DNA from: an uncultured Acidobacteriota bacterium
GTDB taxonomy: Bacteria > Actinomycetota > Acidimicrobiia > Spongiisociales > ZC4RG35
NCBI GenBank assembly: GCA_963724825.1
Contig: CAVRWT010000008.1
Location: 6,893-70,892 of the forward strand
Reading direction: 5' to 3'
DNA length: 64,000 bases
Both the position numbers and the translations under genes were made by a program. The notes under the pieces are model-generated. The model was not told where the DNA came from and did no database searches. It saw only the letters and a list, made by a program, of their open reading frames with translations. Each line of letters opens with the position of its first letter. Position 1 is the stretch's first letter. This document shows, one piece after another, positions 20,079 through 28,313 of the stretch.

Positions 20079-21245
20079 TCAGCTACCGCCGGAGGTGGCG
20101 TCTCGGAAGGCAGGAAGACTGCGCTCGATCATTTCCGCCGTGCCGGTGAGCGATATCCGGAAATGCCCCGGCGAGGCGCAGGTGGTGCCCGGGAGCACCA
20201 AGACTCCCTGCTTGGCGAGCATCTGGACAAACGCGACATCGTCGGGATCGGGAGAGCGAACCCACAGATAGAAGGTTCCCTCCGGCGTCTGCAGGTCGTA
20301 ACCGGCCGCCTGGAGCTCGGCGACCGTGAAGTCACGCTTTCGCTCGAGCTCGACCAGATCGATTGAGAGCTTGTCCAGCTGCTCGAGGGAGTACTGCATG
20401 ATGGCGCTCGGGAACAGCCATCCGCCTGCGATCTGTGCCATGAAGATCGCGGACCGCAACGGCTCGGGGTCGGGCATCAGCGGCGACAGGGCAAGCCATC
20501 CGATCCGTTGCCCGGGGGTGAGCAGGATCTTGCCGTAGCTGTACGAGACCAATGTGTAGGGGTAGTACTCGGCGGGGCTGGTGAACTTGGCGTTGCTGAA
20601 CACCAGCTTGGAATAGGGCTCGTCGGAAAGCAGGTAGATCGGCGCCCCGAAGCGATCCGAGGCTTCTGACAGCACCGTGGCCAGGCCCTGAAGTGTGGAA
20701 GGCGGGTAGATCCGGCCCGTCGGGTTGTGTGGGGTGTTGACGATGACGAGTCGAGTCTTCTCGGTGATCGCCCCCGCGATCCGATCCAGATCGAGGTCGT
20801 AGTCGTCGCCGCGAACCGGCACGCTGACCGGGGTCGCACCGGACGCGAGGATCATCGAGCTGTAGAAGAACCACGGGGGATCGCAGTAGACGACCTCGTC
20901 ACCGACCTCGACGAGGGCGCCGAGGGCGGCAGCGATCGCGCCGAAGGCTCCCGGGGTCATGGCGATGTCCTCGGGGTCGAATTGCTGGCCCCGCCACTCG
21001 GCGAGATGGTTGGCCACCGTTCGCCGCGACTCTTCCTCAGAGAACTTGTAGGCGTAGTGCCCCTTGTCACGCGGGGTGGTCACCGAGGCCAGGGCGGAGG
21101 CGAACCCGTCGACCACCATCTCCTGAGGGTTCCCGAATGCAAGGTCGGCGACACCCGGCTGGCGCCGGTGTTCCTCCCATATCGGGAGGAACGACAACAG
21201 CGTCTCGTTGGCTGCCGTGATCTGTCGAATCCGCTCGGTCACCAT
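20079..21245 (-). CDS. pyridoxal-phosphate-dependent aminotransferase (class I/II)
   Basis: The SYSYGK lysine motif and the NPHNPTG block are present. Start chosen at ATG 21245 (alternative 21296). The first approximately 100 codons of the track ORF look non-coding. Confidence 0.85.
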   Translation of the reverse strand: MVTERIRQITAANETLLSFLPIWEEHRRQPGVADLAFGNPQEMVVDGFASALASVTTPRDKGHYAYKFSEEESRRTVANHLAEWRGQQFDPEDIAMTPGAFGAIAAALGALVEVGDEVVYCDPPWFFYSSMILASGATPVSVPVRGDDYDLDLDRIAGAITEKTRLVIVNTPHNPTGRIYPPSTLQGLATVLSEASDRFGAPIYLLSDEPYSKLVFSNAKFTSPAEYYPYTLVSYSYGKILLTPGQRIGWLALSPLMPDPEPLRSAIFMAQIAGGWLFPSAIMQYSLEQLDKLSIDLVELERKRDFTVAELQAAGYDLQTPEGTFYLWVRSPDPDDVAFVQMLAKQGVLVLPGTTCASPGHFRISLTGTAEMIERSLPAFRDATSGGS

Positions 21246-21299
21246 CGCCGGCGACGATAGCCCTCCTCCGATAGGGTCGACATTCCCGTCCCCCATGCC

Positions 21300-21560
21300 A
21301 TGAGCACTCTGAAGCCCTTCGCCGACGTCAATCCGCTGACCGCACCGATCGGCGGCACATTCGTGATCCAACAGCACCACGCCACCGCCCTCCATCACGA
21401 CTTTCGGCTGGAGATGTTGAACGAGGAGGGCCCGGTGCTCGTGTCCTGGGCGGTACCCAAGGGCTTGCCTCGGAGAAGAGGCGAACGCCACCTGGCCATC
21501 CGGACCCCCGACCACTCGATGGAACCACGCCACCTTCTCCGGGTCCATACCTGGGGATGA
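21300..21560 (+). CDS. ligD: LigD 3'-phosphoesterase (PE) domain, upstream fragment
   Basis: FVIQQHHATALHHDFRLE...VSWAVPKGLP...HLAIRTPDHSME matches the LigD PE signature. The frame is lost around 21526. Confidence 0.8.
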   Translation: MSTLKPFADVNPLTAPIGGTFVIQQHHATALHHDFRLEMLNEEGPVLVSWAVPKGLPRRRGERHLAIRTPDHSMEPRHLLRVHTWG

Positions 21561-21606
21561 GTACGGCGGGGGAGAGGTCCGGATCTTCGACCACGGCGAC
21601 TATGAG

Positions 21607-22722
21607 ATGGTGAGTCGGACCGATGATCGGATCACGTTCCGGCTCGACGGGGAGCGGTTGGCCGGGATCTGGCATCTCGTGTCGACCGGTCTCAAAGACG
21701 GAAAGGAGCAATGGCTGGCCCTCTTGTCCAAGGACTTGCGCCCGCCCGCCCAGGAGCGGCCTCCCCTCGAGCCGATGCTCGCCACCCAGACCGCCGAAGC
21801 CTTCGACGACCCGGAATGGGAGTTCGAGCCGAAGTGGGACGGGATCCGGGCCCTCGCGGTCTGCGAGGAGGGCACCCGTTTCATTTCACGAAGGAACCAC
21901 GACATCACGGTTGCCTATCCCGAACTGCACAGAATCCACGAACAAGTGGTGGCCCTCGACGCGGTGCTCGACGGTGAGCTGGTGGCCTTCGACCACGGTG
22001 TGCCGTCCTTTCAGACGCTCCAGCAGCGGATGCACCTCAGGAACCAGAAGCAAGTCGAGCAGTTGTCACTGAGGATCCCGGTGGTCTACATGGTCTTCGA
22101 TCTCATCTATATGGACGGTCGAGATCTGACGGGCCATCCACTCCAGGAGCGGCGCCGGATGTTGGAAGAGGCCGTCGTCCCCTCGGAGCAGATCCAGATT
22201 TCACCGGCGGTCGGCGGCGATGGGGTTGCCCTCTTTCAGGCTGCCGCGGCACAGGGTCTGGAAGGGATCATGGCGAAACGCCTCTCGTCTCTGTACCTGC
22301 CGGGAGCTCGATCCCGTGATTGGCTCAAAGTCAAGATCAAGTTCGATGCCGACGTCGTGATCGTGGGCTGGACCGAAGGTGAGGGCCAACGGCTGGGCAG
22401 TTTTGGCTCGCTGATGATGGCCGTCTACGACGGGGACGAGCTGCGCTATGCCGGAAACGTCGGGACCGGTTTCGATCGCGACACCCTCGAGGACGTTCTC
22501 GCACGGTTGCAGGCCCTCGACGAGACCAAGCCACCGTTTCCCCCCGACGTCTTGCGATCACGTCCCGACCTGCGCCGGGCGCACTGGGTCACTCCGTCCC
22601 TGGTTGCCAAGGTCGAGCATCGGCAGGTGACCTCGGCGGGACGGCTCAGATCGTCGTCATTCCTTGGCCTTCGCGAGGACAAGGACCCAAAGGAGTGCAC
22701 CTCCGCCCAATTGCAAGGTTGA
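21607..22722 (+). CDS. ligD: ATP-dependent DNA ligase LigD (end of the PE domain plus the ligase domain), downstream fragment
   Basis: The frame is open back to about 21511 and reads ATFSGSIPGDEYGGGEVRIFDHGDYEMV, which is a PE-domain continuation. Ligase motif I is EPKWDGIR. Confidence 0.85.
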   Translation: MVSRTDDRITFRLDGERLAGIWHLVSTGLKDGKEQWLALLSKDLRPPAQERPPLEPMLATQTAEAFDDPEWEFEPKWDGIRALAVCEEGTRFISRRNHDITVAYPELHRIHEQVVALDAVLDGELVAFDHGVPSFQTLQQRMHLRNQKQVEQLSLRIPVVYMVFDLIYMDGRDLTGHPLQERRRMLEEAVVPSEQIQISPAVGGDGVALFQAAAAQGLEGIMAKRLSSLYLPGARSRDWLKVKIKFDADVVIVGWTEGEGQRLGSFGSLMMAVYDGDELRYAGNVGTGFDRDTLEDVLARLQALDETKPPFPPDVLRSRPDLRRAHWVTPSLVAKVEHRQVTSAGRLRSSSFLGLREDKDPKECTSAQLQG

Positions 22723-23646
22723 TCAGGCTTCGAAGAACCCGAGCAACTCACGGTTGACAGCCCCGGGCTGGGCGAGTGCCGCGATGTGGTGGGCGGCGGG
22801 GATGACAGCGACTCTCGCCCCAGGAATCAGATCCTTCCCCGACTCGATGGCTGAGCGCAGGTCGCCGTAGATGACTTCCCGGTCACCGAAGACGAGAAGC
22901 ATCGGAGCCTTGATCGCGGCGAACTCTTCCTTGGTATAGACCCGGGGAAACACCTTGTTGATCAGCCTTCCGTGCTTCATCGTTTCGTAGAACAGCGGTT
23001 CCCAGAGCGGGTCCTGAGGCAGGCCTGCATGCATCCAGTCGACGCTCGAACGCATCACTCTCCCCACTCCCGGGATAACAGGGGCGGCGAGGTAGAGGCC
23101 TTTCGGAATGAACATGTGAAGCATGAACGGTCGCATCGAGTGGATGGTCGAGGCCGGGCCGATCAGCACCAGCTTTCGGACTCGATCCGGGAGCTTCATG
23201 GCGTAGTAGGCGGCAGTGAAGCCTCCGTAGGAGTTCCCGACGAGGTACAGAGTGTCGATTCTCAGACCGTCGATCAGCTCCGTAAACCACTGCAGAAAGT
23301 CGTCCAGCGAGGCGATCGGTCGGCTGGGTCGGCTCTTGTTCGACTCTCCGATTACGTCAACGCAATAGGTGCGGTGCGACTGGCTCAACGCCTCGACGTT
23401 GCGATACCAGGAAGCAGCGGTGGCGAACAGGGCATGGAGCAGAACCACGGGAGGCCCGTCGGGCGGCCCGCTCGCAATGACATGAGTCTCCCCGAAGCTG
23501 GTTGCCACCTTCAACTCTTCATACTCGACCGGCCAGGCATCCATCACCGCCTGATAGGCGCGCAAGATCTCGATCTTGCCCTGAAGCGAGGTGAACATCG
23601 GGATGGTGGAGGCGACAGCCTCAGACGTTGCAGCTGTGGTGCTCAT
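22723..23646 (-). CDS. alpha/beta hydrolase
   Basis: HALF oxyanion region, nucleophile elbow VGNSYGG and a C-terminal His region are present. Confidence 0.85.
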   Translation of the reverse strand: MSTTAATSEAVASTIPMFTSLQGKIEILRAYQAVMDAWPVEYEELKVATSFGETHVIASGPPDGPPVVLLHALFATAASWYRNVEALSQSHRTYCVDVIGESNKSRPSRPIASLDDFLQWFTELIDGLRIDTLYLVGNSYGGFTAAYYAMKLPDRVRKLVLIGPASTIHSMRPFMLHMFIPKGLYLAAPVIPGVGRVMRSSVDWMHAGLPQDPLWEPLFYETMKHGRLINKVFPRVYTKEEFAAIKAPMLLVFGDREVIYGDLRSAIESGKDLIPGARVAVIPAAHHIAALAQPGAVNRELLGFFEA

Positions 23647-23756
23647 GACCCAATCACACTTGAGCTGCCAAGCGAAAGCCAGGGTCCAAGGTCACTTCAC
23701 TCCAGTGCGCAAGCCTCGGTCGACCCAGCCGCCCACCCTTGGCATGACCACTCAAG

Positions 23757-23789
23757 ACAGAACATGACCCGCCGTGGGTCATGTTCTGT
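23757..23789 (-). terminator. 14-bp perfect hairpin (ACAGAACATGACCC / GGGTCATGTTCTGT, 5-nt loop) downstream of the 23833-24435 gene
   Basis: The inverted repeat was read directly. It lies 44 nt after the stop of the upstream minus-strand gene. There is no U-tract. Confidence 0.4.
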
Positions 23790-23832
23790 GTCTGGTCGAT
23801 GGCGTCGTCGAATGACTGGAGTGGGGGTACGC

Positions 23833-24435
23833 CTAGACGGGGTCGGGTACCGGCTCGGGTATCAGGTCCAGGAGTTGGGTGTTCATCTGGTAGAAGAGGT
23901 CGGAGGTCATCGAGCCTTGGCCGTGAAGGCGATTGATCTCCTTCAACAGTCTCAGCCACTCAGCGAACGCGTCTGCCGGCGACACCGAGTCTGTCCTCAA
24001 AGCGGCGGCAATCTCAGAGATCCGACCCTGCAAGTCGTCGGGTTGCTTGGGCTCGGGTTTGGCGCTGGCGGCTGGTGCCGGAGATTTGACTGCTCCGTTG
24101 GACTTCGCAGGGGTGCTTCTGTTGTCGACCGAGGACGGCCGGACCTGGGTCGGCGGTGCCGGCTTGGCCGCTGCTGCCCGACGCGGACGCTGTTCGACGC
24201 CGAGCTCCGCTGCGAATTTCTTCGAGTCGGTGACCGTCAGAACGATCTCCTCACCATCGACTGTGATGTGGAAGCCATCGGCCCGCGACGAGACCTCGAG
24301 CTTTTCGAGGGGCCACACTCCCACCGTCTTGTCTGCCGCGGTCAAGGTCATTCGTTCGTGGTCGATGTCAACCTCCACCCCCATAGGCAGTTTGGAACGG
24401 CCCGAAAGGCGAAGCCTTGCGTTGAACGACGACAT
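23833..24435 (-). CDS. hypothetical protein (200 aa: small beta-rich N-domain, Pro/Ala-rich linker, helical C-terminus)
   Basis: Clean ATG ORF with a protein-like composition. No family recognised. Confidence 0.6.
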   Translation of the reverse strand: MSSFNARLRLSGRSKLPMGVEVDIDHERMTLTAADKTVGVWPLEKLEVSSRADGFHITVDGEEIVLTVTDSKKFAAELGVEQRPRRAAAAKPAPPTQVRPSSVDNRSTPAKSNGAVKSPAPAASAKPEPKQPDDLQGRISEIAAALRTDSVSPADAFAEWLRLLKEINRLHGQGSMTSDLFYQMNTQLLDLIPEPVPDPV

Positions 24436-24611
24436 CTTCTCTCCATCCTGCGTCAGCCAGTAAACGCGGTGGTTCCCGCTCCCTGTGTAATCGTTGGACA
24501 GGCTCCGATCCTTACGGTGTTCGACTTGCCGAATAGCATTTGTGGGGTGGATCGTGCCGATTCTCGCCAGGCCTTTCGAAGCCGAACATTCGGCAGCCGA
24601 GAACTAGACAG

Positions 24612-25946
24612 ATGAGCCGGAACATCGTCGTGTGTTCCGACGGCACGGGAAACACGTTCGACAGTCGGGTGACCAACGTCACGCGACTGGTGAAGACTCT
24701 CGTGATGGACAGCCCGGAGCGCCAACTCGTCATCTACGACCAGGGTGTCGGCACCACCGCCCGCCGGGAGCAAGAGACCCGGGCATCAGGACATCCGCCG
24801 GGCCTGCGAATCCTCCCGGCACCACCGGCGTCGAAGGCCAACCCGGCCGGATGGACCGCACGGGGTCGTGGGCTGCTCTTCGGCTACGGCCTCAAGGAGA
24901 ACATCCGCCAGATGTACCGGGTGCTCGCCGAGGAATACGACGCTTCCGACCGCCTGTTCATGTTCGGGTTCAGCAGGGGAGCCTTCACGGTGCGGGCCCT
25001 GGCCGGGTTGCTGCATCGATGCCACCTGCCGCATCGGGACAGCTCAGACCTCGACGAACGTTTCGAGCGAGCGTGGAACCTGTTCCAACCGATGGTTGCT
25101 GACGCAAAGGCGGTGGAGGCTCTCCGTCGAGACCACCGCCCGTGCCCCGTTCACTTCCTTGGCGTATGGGACACGGTCAAGTCCTACGGAGGGCTGAAGC
25201 CGGTGATCCTTCCTCATCTCCGGCACAACCCGGATGTGGCCCACATTCGTCACGCCCTCGCCATCGACGAGCGACGGGCGTGGTTCAAACCCACCACCTG
25301 GGGGCAGCTCGACAGTGACCGCACCGGTGCGATGACCCGGCTTGATCCCGACGAAGCGAATGCGTTTGAGGCTCAGGACATCGGGGAGGTGTGGTTCAGC
25401 GGATGTCACAGCGACGTCGGCGGTGGCGGGGATGAGACGGCGTCGACCCGGGTTGCCCTGCGCTGGATGCTTGCCGAGGCGGCCTCAGTCGACCCTCAGC
25501 TTCTGCCCAACGACACCGGGTGGAAGCTGCTCCGAAGTGACGACCCTCCGGGACCTATGCCGATCAAACAGTCGTGGACCCTCTCCTGGAGAGCGATGGA
25601 GCAGATACCTCGCAGCGAGATCGACAACAGCGGCGTCTATCCAAAGATGGTGCGGCACCGGGGCAGCGATGGAGTGCGGACTCCCGCCACATCAGAGACG
25701 CAATGGCAAGGTCGCTTTCCACGTGAGCGTCGAGCACCCGCCGCCAATCGACGCAGAAGTCACGACTGTCGAGACCAAGACTTTCCCGGGACCATGAATC
25801 GCTTTGCCGCAGACTCGCCAGATTGGACAGACTTCAACGAGTCCGATCCCGGTATCACGCTCCTGGAGTTGTTCGCTTTCCTCGCTGTCTTGGGCTTGAT
25901 TTCCATCTGGCAACGCAGACGGAGACGTCGCCGATCGATTCAGTAG
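24612..25946 (+). CDS. DUF2235 (Tle1-like alpha/beta hydrolase) protein; the 3' part is uncertain
   Basis: It starts MSRNIVVCSDGTGN, has the nucleophile elbow FGFSRGA and has FLGVWDTV. After about 25695, third-position GC favours the +1 frame, which stops at 25797 (see finding). Confidence 0.8.
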   Translation: MSRNIVVCSDGTGNTFDSRVTNVTRLVKTLVMDSPERQLVIYDQGVGTTARREQETRASGHPPGLRILPAPPASKANPAGWTARGRGLLFGYGLKENIRQMYRVLAEEYDASDRLFMFGFSRGAFTVRALAGLLHRCHLPHRDSSDLDERFERAWNLFQPMVADAKAVEALRRDHRPCPVHFLGVWDTVKSYGGLKPVILPHLRHNPDVAHIRHALAIDERRAWFKPTTWGQLDSDRTGAMTRLDPDEANAFEAQDIGEVWFSGCHSDVGGGGDETASTRVALRWMLAEAASVDPQLLPNDTGWKLLRSDDPPGPMPIKQSWTLSWRAMEQIPRSEIDNSGVYPKMVRHRGSDGVRTPATSETQWQGRFPRERRAPAANRRRSHDCRDQDFPGTMNRFAADSPDWTDFNESDPGITLLELFAFLAVLGLISIWQRRRRRRRSIQ

Positions 25947-25981
25947 CTCCCCAGTTGCACGAGGCGGCTGGTTGGGTATAA

Positions 25982-26003
25982 CCTACAACCAAATGGTTGT
26001 AGG
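25982..26003. promoter_or_regulatory. perfect palindrome CCTACAACCA-AA-TGGTTGTAGG overlapping the arsR-like start codon
   Basis: Two 10-bp arms were read directly. ATG 25993 lies inside the palindrome. Its role as an ArsR/SmtB-type autoregulatory operator is an inference. Confidence 0.4.
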
Positions 26004-26343
26004 AATACAGGATCAGGAGCAGGTCGACCGGGTCTTCCATGCCCTCGCCGATGCCACGAGAAGAGACATCGTGCGGCGCGCCATGGAGGTCGGACAATCG
26101 GTGTCGACCCTGGCTCGCCAGTATCCGATGAGCTTTGCCGCAGTGCAGAAGCACGTCGCGGTACTCGAGCGGGCCTCACTCGTGACCAAGCAGCGGCACG
26201 GTCGCGAGCAACTGGTCCACAGCAACATCGATGGCATCCGGGGTGTGTTCCATCTGCTCGACGAGCTCGAGGATGTGTGGAGAGGCCGCATCGACCGCTT
26301 CGGCGAGGCCCTCGCCGAACGAGGTGAAGGAGAAACAACATGA
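25993..26343 (+). CDS. ArsR/SmtB family transcriptional regulator
   Basis: FHALADATRRDIV...SVSTLARQYPMSFAAVQKHVAVLERASLV is the ArsR winged HTH. The stop overlaps the next ATG (ATGA). Confidence 0.85.
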   Translation: MVVGIQDQEQVDRVFHALADATRRDIVRRAMEVGQSVSTLARQYPMSFAAVQKHVAVLERASLVTKQRHGREQLVHSNIDGIRGVFHLLDELEDVWRGRIDRFGEALAERGEGETT

Positions 26344-26843
26344 CCGTGACCAACGTCCACAAGGACCCTCAGGCGATGACGATGACGATCACCGCCGAGT
26401 TCGACGCTCCAATCGAACCGGTTTGGCAGATGTGGGAGAACCCACGTCTCCTCGAGCGGTGGTGGGGCCCGCCAACCTTTCCCGCGACCGTTGTCGCCTA
26501 CGACCTGACACCAGGTGGCAAGGTCTCCTATTTCATGACCGGGCCCGAAGGTGAACAGCCTCGCGGCTGGTGGCGGGTGACCGAAGTCGATGCACCGCAT
26601 CACCTCGAATTCGAAGATGGATTCGCCGACGAGGACGGCAACCCCGTTCCCGACATGCCGACGATGATCATCCGGGCCGCGCTCGACGAACGGCCCGCCG
26701 GCGGCACTCGCATGGTGATCGAGACCTCATTCCCGACTGTCGAGGCGATGGAGCAGATGCTGGCGATGGGCATGGACATCGGCATGTCCCTTGCGGTGGG
26801 ACAGATCGACGACCTGCTGAAAGCCGAGGTCAGCGCTCCCTAA
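26340..26843 (+). CDS. SRPBCC / AHSA1-domain protein
   Basis: FDAPIEPVWQMWENPRLLERWWGP is typical of Aha1-like SRPBCC proteins. These are usually paired with ArsR. Confidence 0.85.
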   Translation: MTVTNVHKDPQAMTMTITAEFDAPIEPVWQMWENPRLLERWWGPPTFPATVVAYDLTPGGKVSYFMTGPEGEQPRGWWRVTEVDAPHHLEFEDGFADEDGNPVPDMPTMIIRAALDERPAGGTRMVIETSFPTVEAMEQMLAMGMDIGMSLAVGQIDDLLKAEVSAP

Positions 26844-26925
26844 TCCTTGTGTCGTTTGGCCCTACACGGCTTCGGATCCGAGGCAGAAGCTACGGATAGC
26901 CGATCCATGCAAGGAGGAATGGGCC

Positions 26926-27402
26926 ATGACCAAGATGAAAGAGGCAGCCTCGGAGTTCCTCGCCCTGAAGCGTATCGCTGTCACCGGCGTGTCGAGGAAT
27001 CCCCAAGGGCACGGAGGCAACATCGTCTACCAACGGCTGCGGGACCGCGGGTACGAGGTGTTCGCAGTCAACCCCAACGCTGACACTGTCGAGGGCGACG
27101 ACTGCTATCAGGACCTGAAATCGATACCCGGCGGTGTGGACGCTGTGGTGATCGGGACCAGGCCCGAAATCGCCGACGAGACGATGAAGGAATGCGCCGA
27201 CCTCGGGATCGAGCACGTCTGGATGCACCGCGCCTTCGGCGAGGGGAGTGTTTCGGATGCGGCCACTGAATATGGCAGGGACCATGGGATCAAAGTGATC
27301 GATGGTGGATGCCCGTGCATGTTCGAGCCGACCGCCGACCCCGGGCACAAGATGATCCGCTTCGTTTCAACGCTGACCGGCAAGGTTCCCCGGGAGGTCT
27401 GA
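26926..27402 (+). CDS. CoA-binding domain protein
   Basis: AAGGAGG lies upstream of the ATG. The block KRIAVTGVSRNP...YEVFAVNPN is present. Confidence 0.85.
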   Translation: MTKMKEAASEFLALKRIAVTGVSRNPQGHGGNIVYQRLRDRGYEVFAVNPNADTVEGDDCYQDLKSIPGGVDAVVIGTRPEIADETMKECADLGIEHVWMHRAFGEGSVSDAATEYGRDHGIKVIDGGCPCMFEPTADPGHKMIRFVSTLTGKVPREV

Positions 27403-27617
27403 GCCCGGGGACCTTGGTCCTCCCTGGCCCCGCAACCAGTGCGGACGAGCGGGTTCTCATTGCCCGGCCGTCATGTCATCCTGAGAGGGCTGGACCCAAA
27501 TCGGGAACTCTCCTGACATGTGCAACGTCATATCAGGGGCTCCCCGCCCTGATTCATGATCCTTTACCTTTCAACCCCGTCCCAACGCGTCTCGGTGCCC
27601 ATCGAGGTGCTCCGCTG

Positions 27618-28313
27618 ATGCGCATCCTCGTAGTCGAAGACGAGGCCGACCTGGCCATGGCCATCGCCGCCGGCCTCCGCCAAGACGGATACGCAATCGA
27701 CATCGCCCCGAGCGCCAGCTCCGCAAGAAGATTCGTCGCCGTCAACTCGTACGACCTCGTATGTCTCGACCTCAACCTGCCCGATGGGGATGGACTCGAT
27801 GTCTGCCGCCAGATGACAGCGGGCGCGGATAGTGACCTGGCTCCCGGCCCTGGCCCGAAGATCATCATGCTCACCGCCCGGGGGAGCGTTGCCGATCGGA
27901 TTCGCGGGTTGGACGAGGGCGCCGATGACTATCTGGTGAAGCCGTTCTCGCTGGGCGAGCTCGGAGCCCGGGTCCGTGCCCTGTTGCGGCGAGACACTGC
28001 CACCGGCAGCTCGCTGCTCTCTTTCGGCGGCATCGAAATGGACACCGCACGCCACGAGGTGACTTACGACGGGAATCCTGTCGGTCTCACCGTCAAGGAG
28101 TTCGCACTTCTCCGCTGGTTCCTGCTTCACCCCGAGGAGGTGCACAGCAGCGAGCGCCTCTTGGAGCACGTTTGGGACGAGCACGCCGACCCGTTCACCA
28201 ACACGGTGAGGATGACACTGTCCAACCTCCGTCGGAAGTTGGCGGCGGTCGGAGCGGGATCGCACATCATCACCCTGCCCGGTCGGGGTTACATGTTGCG
28301 GGTCGAGTCTTGA
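27618..28313 (+). CDS. OmpR/PhoB-family response regulator
   Basis: It starts MRILVVEDE, has the receiver Asp in LVCLDLNLPDGDG and has a winged-helix C-terminus (GRGYML). The track ORF begins 309 nt too early. Confidence 0.9.
   Translation: MRILVVEDEADLAMAIAAGLRQDGYAIDIAPSASSARRFVAVNSYDLVCLDLNLPDGDGLDVCRQMTAGADSDLAPGPGPKIIMLTARGSVADRIRGLDEGADDYLVKPFSLGELGARVRALLRRDTATGSSLLSFGGIEMDTARHEVTYDGNPVGLTVKEFALLRWFLLHPEEVHSSERLLEHVWDEHADPFTNTVRMTLSNLRRKLAAVGAGSHIITLPGRGYMLRVES

Noticed and set aside
22972-24615. A 547-aa + strand ORF spanning the hydrolase gene and the hypothetical gene.
   Set aside because: It runs antisense to two well-supported minus-strand genes and crosses their intergenic hairpin. 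Its composition is nonsense-like.
27532-27553. The hairpin ATCAGGG-N8-CCCTGAT after the CoA-binding gene, as an intrinsic terminator.
   Set aside because: The stem is only 7 bp, the loop is large and the downstream T-tract is weak. This is too marginal to call as a feature.
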